Shown here one piece after another: positions 60,106-64,000 of a DNA stretch of 64,000 bases (its first letter is position 1; every line of letters begins with the position of its first letter). The stretch is taken from NCBI GenBank assembly GCA_965215475.1, contig OZ244061.1:3112307-3176306 (forward strand), read 5' to 3'. The stretch comes from Rhodothermales bacterium. GTDB lineage: Bacteria > Bacteroidota > Rhodothermia > Rhodothermales > Bin80. The notes below the pieces were generated by a model that had not been told where the DNA came from, did not search any database, and saw only the letters and a list, made by a program, of their open reading frames with translations. The translations under genes and the position numbers were made by a program.

Positions 60106-60287
60106 AAAGTAGACAATCTCTTCCTGTCTTCTTCGGTTTTTGCAGCTCCGAGGAAATATGATTTTCGTTGTGCTCGACGTTCCTCTGGGGTCATGTTGCG
60201 CCCACCTTCGGCCATTCTTTCAAGTGCGGCCGCAACCTTTTTGGCGAGTTCACAATTTGGATCCATGAATTCAGGGTTTATCAAAGA
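60075..60287 (-). CDS. small upstream partner ORF (antitoxin-like), copy 1
   Basis: MSLINPEFMDPNCELAKKVAAALERMAE... Its stop overlaps the Fic start region. Confidence 0.4.
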   Translation of the reverse strand, partial: SLINPEFMDPNCELAKKVAAALERMAEGGRNMTPEERRAQRKSYFLGAAKTEEDRKRLSTLWDQRYGVTP

Positions 60288-60691
60288 CATAATCAATATT
60301 GGGTTGTTTTTGTTATAGTACAAGGAACGTACAAATTAGTTGTCGAGGTGTTCATGTACATCATCGTTTCTCGGTTGCGTGCTTATCAGTAGGACAACAG
60401 GGATAGATGGTGATTCTACTGGGGCTGGCGCGGGGCAAATATGCCAGGAATGAGGCCATGAGAGTTTCTCAGAACAGAAGGGCGTTTTCACGACATATCA
60501 TTATCAGGTGGAATTCTGAAAACGATGTGAGGATATATTTTTTTGTGGAAGACTGAATCGGGAACGGGTAGATGATCACTACCTATTTTGCTATAGACTC
60601 TCCTAGCCCAATGCCACGCCAAGCGTATGAACATGCCATCATACGAGGGTGCATCAAGCGATTCCTGCATGTAATTCATGCCACTGGATTA

Positions 60692-61312
60692 CTACTGTGG
60701 AGGCTGAAATGCATCCTGATCAAGTAAGAGTTCTGCAATTAAAGCTTCTAATCTTGCAAGGCCCTGGCCTGCATCAGCCGTTTTGAGAGCCTCGTAATAT
60801 TCTGGATGTCCTTTTAAGCGTTCCGGAAAAATTGGTATCCCATCCATCCAATATCCGGCATGGGCACATATCACAAAGTAAGATGCTGCCCTAGCTGTCC
60901 TGCCATTTCCATTTATAAATGGATGGATCCAGTTGATCCTCCAAAGAACATAAGCGGCCAATGAGACCGGAGTAAACTCTGTCCACCAGCGATTGACTCG
61001 ATTAACCATGTCATCCATGAGCGAGGGAATCCTGAAATACATTGGTGGTTCATAATCGCCTATGGTCACGTCACAGGGTCTGTACTGTCCTGCATATGCG
61101 TGTAAACAGCTAATTGCACGAAAGTTGAGGGCTTTGATGACGGTTTGCGACAAAAAAGGGGTTGCTGATTGAATTGCTGCTTCCACCAAGTTTTTAAGAA
61201 AGTCAAGCTGCCGTTCTCGGTTGGTTACATCCAGTTTCTGATAGACAGGATGGGTTTCAGATCCGTCAACTAATTCATGAATGATCATGGGTAACGCCAT
61301 AACGACGGTCAT
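60692..61312 (-). CDS. Fic-domain protein, intact copy
   Basis: HPFINGNGRTARAA (the HxFx[D/E]GNGRxxR motif with N at the acidic position). 206 aa. Confidence 0.8.
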   Translation of the reverse strand: MTVVMALPMIIHELVDGSETHPVYQKLDVTNRERQLDFLKNLVEAAIQSATPFLSQTVIKALNFRAISCLHAYAGQYRPCDVTIGDYEPPMYFRIPSLMDDMVNRVNRWWTEFTPVSLAAYVLWRINWIHPFINGNGRTARAASYFVICAHAGYWMDGIPIFPERLKGHPEYYEALKTADAGQGLARLEALIAELLLDQDAFQPPQ

Positions 61313-61496
61313 ACCAAGCGGATAACCACTCTCTATCTTCTTCGGTCTTTACATCTGCAAGTGCGTATGATTTTGCTTGTGCTCGATGATCCTCTGGGGT
61401 CATATTGCGCCCAGCTTCGGCCATTCTTTCAAGTGCGGCCGCAACCTTTTTGGCGAGTTCACAATTTGGGTCCATGAATTCAGGGTTTATCAAAGA
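61275..61496 (-). CDS. small upstream partner ORF (antitoxin-like), copy 2
   Basis: Same N-terminus as copy 1. Overlaps the Fic start. Confidence 0.4.
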   Translation of the reverse strand, partial: SLINPEFMDPNCELAKKVAAALERMAEAGRNMTPEDHRAQAKSYALADVKTEEDREWLSAWYDRRYGVTHDHS

Positions 61497-61670
61497 CATG
61501 ATCAGTATTGGGTTGTTTTTGTTATAGTACAAGGAATGTACAAATTGGTTGTCGAGGTGTTCATGTACATCATTATTTTTCGGATGCTTACGAATCAATA
61601 TGACTGGAATAGGTCATGATCCGGTTAATTCTGATATTGGAGTTGCCTTTGGGGCTAATTCTCAACTGAT

Positions 61671-64000
61671 TCAATGTTGGAAGATCTCTCCTCCAATTGT
61701 ATCGACGGTTGATGCACTATCGTTTGAACGGATGTGTTTGGAGTTCTTGGACTCAGCTTCGGTGCGGGCGTGATTCTCAGCGAGTAGCCGCTTTAGTAGT
61801 TCAACGCGGGCTTCAGGGCTGATCGTGTATCGGATCCGGTCGTTTTCGGGGAGTGTCTCGACTTCATAAAAATCGTGTTGAAGGTCAAGGTCCTGCCAGC
61901 CGTACGCATCGCGAACCGCAAGATCAAGTGCAACATGCAGGCGGCGCAGTTCAATAACCGCCTCGAGACCTGAAGTTGCGGTATCCATATCTTTCTTGGA
62001 CTCCTCCGCAATCATTTCGGGAGATAGGTCACGGGTATGGAACAGGTTATATATTTTTGTCAGCCCTAGCCAAAGGGACGACATGAGATTTTTACGATAC
62101 GTATGATAGGACTCGCCGATCTCTGCGAGGCCTGTGTCAGGCGTTTGCCATAGCCCTATAGGGAGAGTGAAGGTGTTAAAGCAGTTGGTAGGAGTATAAC
62201 GTAGATCTTGCTTTAATGAGCCACTATATTTGCGAGCCCATATCTCATGAAGAGTAGATTGCACGACGCTGAAAAGATCCCAGCGATCGGTGGTAAAAAT
62301 ATAGAGTGCATCGCTGAAGACATAATTTGTCGGCATCGCCGAAAAGTTCAGGTACTTTGTAGTACGAGAGGCGACAAAGCACCTAGGAAGCCCCCTGATA
62401 TTACTATAGAGGTTCTTTCTAATGGATGCATATTGCCACCACCGATTCCGGTTATCTTGGTTGATGGATGTCTTGTCATGTAGTGCCAACCGAACGGGTT
62501 TTACGAGTGATGAGACAATTGAAAAAGGTTCGGAGTATTTTCTGGCTTGTTCTTCGGTCATGTTGAAAAAATCAATCGTGCTTCTTCCCGGTGCTTGACT
62601 CGGTTCATTGTTTAATTCTTGGCCGTTGATAATCTGTCTAATCACATCTTTGCATGCAGAATTTTGCCGGATCAACTCATCTGCTTTTCCATGTGTAAGT
62701 AGAAATCCATTTCCACGAAAAGTTGAACCTTGATACATTTTCCGGAGATTCTCTACGACCTTGTGTGGCTTTTTTTGGACTACTCCTTCTTCAAAAAATG
62801 GATTGATCTGTTCGACCGGTTGATTGTCGAGGAGTTTTAGGCCCTCCCATTTTCCCTTATGAACAGCAAGAAGAGAGACTACGAGATTGGCAACCCCAGA
62901 CCATTTCATTCCACGGGTGGCCATGTTGATCTCTCCTCCAACGGAGACGATTTGCTCTAATCCATCCCTACGAATTTTGCCGTCGATGATTGAATTGGTA
63001 GTGATGATAGCCAAAAAGCCATCATCCCGGAGTAACTCATAAATACGCCGGAGAAAATATACCACCAAGTCACTAAGCCCAGCGGGCGCGTATTGCCATT
63101 TAACATACCCACAAAAGGCATAACCATAGGTTCCACTAAGCGCCTGCCCACCCAAGTAAGGTGGATTCCCGAGAATGCAGTCGAACCCGCCACGCTTTAT
63201 TATTTCGGGAAATTCCACAAACCAGTGAAAGAAACGTTTATTTTCAGCGATGAATCTCGCATGTTCAGCTCCTTCTCCCTCTGGTATTAACTTGCTCCGC
63301 GAATAACTACGAAACTCGCTATCCGTAATGATTTTCCTCTCGTTGCGAGGGATTTTTTGAGTATAGAACTGTGCAATGGGAATACCTGCAACAGCTCGTA
63401 AAAAGTTCATGTTCTGTCCTTGGTCTAAAGCAGCAAAACGTTCTTTCTTCTGATCCACCTGGGCTGAAGTATGCTCTGGAAGGCTCGAAATCTGTGTTGA
63501 TTCATTTCGGACTGTGCCAAGGCGGTCGGAGAGCTCAGGAGAGGAGTCGATCGATAGTTGCCCTTGGCGTTTCCGCTCATCCTTGTTTTTATTTCGATAG
63601 ATACTGGCGAAAGTCTTGTCATCGCCAGACAGGGACTTGAATGCTTCCATTGGTATGCCCTGAGCGAGTTCTTCATGACGTGCAAAACCGACGATGGCGT
63701 TGCCACACTTGACATGATGATCCAGGAAGTTGAGGGGCTGGCCTGGAATATGTGCCTCAAGCCATAGAGCCACCTTGCATAGCTCTACTGCGAGAGGATT
63801 CAAGTCAACGCCATAAATGCAGTTTTGGATCGTGTCACGCAGAGCGGTTCGGTAGGGCGCGGGCGATGGTTGCTCTTCACCGGTACGCACCACAGCTAAC
63901 GTATTGGCGATCCGGCGGGCGGCCGCGAGAAGAATGTGTCCCGAGCCACAGGCAATATCGGCTACCCTCAGAGCAAGGAGTGCTGTCTCAGGATCGTCTG
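61671..64000 (-). CDS. large N6-adenine DNA methyltransferase (type IIG/IIL- or BREX PglX-like), 5' end beyond the window
   Basis: Motif I DIACGSGHIL (hand-translated, 63950-63980), HVKCGNAIVG, and motif IV ILGNPPYLGG. The frame stays open to nt 64000. Confidence 0.8.
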   Translation of the reverse strand, partial: DDPETALLALRVADIACGSGHILLAAARRIANTLAVVRTGEEQPSPAPYRTALRDTIQNCIYGVDLNPLAVELCKVALWLEAHIPGQPLNFLDHHVKCGNAIVGFARHEELAQGIPMEAFKSLSGDDKTFASIYRNKNKDERKRQGQLSIDSSPELSDRLGTVRNESTQISSLPEHTSAQVDQKKERFAALDQGQNMNFLRAVAGIPIAQFYTQKIPRNERKIITDSEFRSYSRSKLIPEGEGAEHARFIAENKRFFHWFVEFPEIIKRGGFDCILGNPPYLGGQALSGTYGYAFCGYVKWQYAPAGLSDLVVYFLRRIYELLRDDGFLAIITTNSIIDGKIRRDGLEQIVSVGGEINMATRGMKWSGVANLVVSLLAVHKGKWEGLKLLDNQPVEQINPFFEEGVVQKKPHKVVENLRKMYQGSTFRGNGFLLTHGKADELIRQNSACKDVIRQIINGQELNNEPSQAPGRSTIDFFNMTEEQARKYSEPFSIVSSLVKPVRLALHDKTSINQDNRNRWWQYASIRKNLYSNIRGLPRCFVASRTTKYLNFSAMPTNYVFSDALYIFTTDRWDLFSVVQSTLHEIWARKYSGSLKQDLRYTPTNCFNTFTLPIGLWQTPDTGLAEIGESYHTYRKNLMSSLWLGLTKIYNLFHTRDLSPEMIAEESKKDMDTATSGLEAVIELRRLHVALDLAVRDAYGWQDLDLQHDFYEVETLPENDRIRYTISPEARVELLKRLLAENHARTEAESKNSKHIRSNDSASTVDTIGGEIFQH

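Larger units (their letters stand above)
59438..61585. repeat. ~0.94-kb tandem direct duplication (59438-60375 and 60646-61585), offset ~1208-1209 bp
   Basis: Long near-identical strings are seen at both positions (for example agggtgcatcaagcgattcctgcatgtaattca). Confidence 0.85.

Noticed and set aside
1-64000. tRNA, rRNA, tmRNA or CRISPR arrays
   Set aside because: No cloverleaf-like GTTCRAnYC T-loop contexts and no repeat-spacer arrays were noticed in the intergenic regions by eye. tRNAscan, Infernal and a CRISPR finder should confirm this.

Overview
The window looks like chromosome from an FCB-group bacterium (Bacteroidota/Balneolota/Rhodothermota-like). Evidence: T9SS C-terminal sorting domains, CarboxypepD_reg-type TonB-dependent receptors paired with DUF4249 lipoproteins, and ATGA-coupled operons. 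The left about 42 kb is mostly intact core genes. These are an S8 protease with LRRs, two sodium:solute symporter loci, two TBDR-DUF4249 pairs, sufBCD-sufS/E-sufT plus iscA, hemW, glutaryl-CoA dehydrogenase, ppdK, topA and purS. One decayed TnpB element interrupts this block. From about 42.1 kb to the right edge the sequence is a mosaic accessory region. It holds a truncated T9SS gene, two decayed ISL3 transposase remnants in inverted orientation, an orphan CxxxY-type CcmE, a truncated glyA, a sulfatase, a tandemly duplicated Fic toxin-antitoxin-like module and a partial large N6-adenine DNA methyltransferase. The most interesting element is an AT-rich, tightly coupled seven-gene cluster at 44.86-54.73 kb. 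It encodes a polytopic membrane protein with an in-frame C10T7 tract, a 910-aa protein with tubulin/FtsZ-like GTPase loops, and an Hsp70/actin-fold ATPase broken by two frameshifts. It also encodes a small protein, a secreted Cys-rich possibly vWA-like protein, a MotA/ExbB-like protein with a long coiled-coil tail (ZorA-like), and a MotB/OmpA-like anchor (ZorB-like). I know of no named system with this composition. I propose it as a candidate envelope-coupled, PMF-powered defence or membrane-remodelling machine that uses cytoskeletal NTPases. All domain calls rest on motif recognition by eye and need HMM or structure confirmation.
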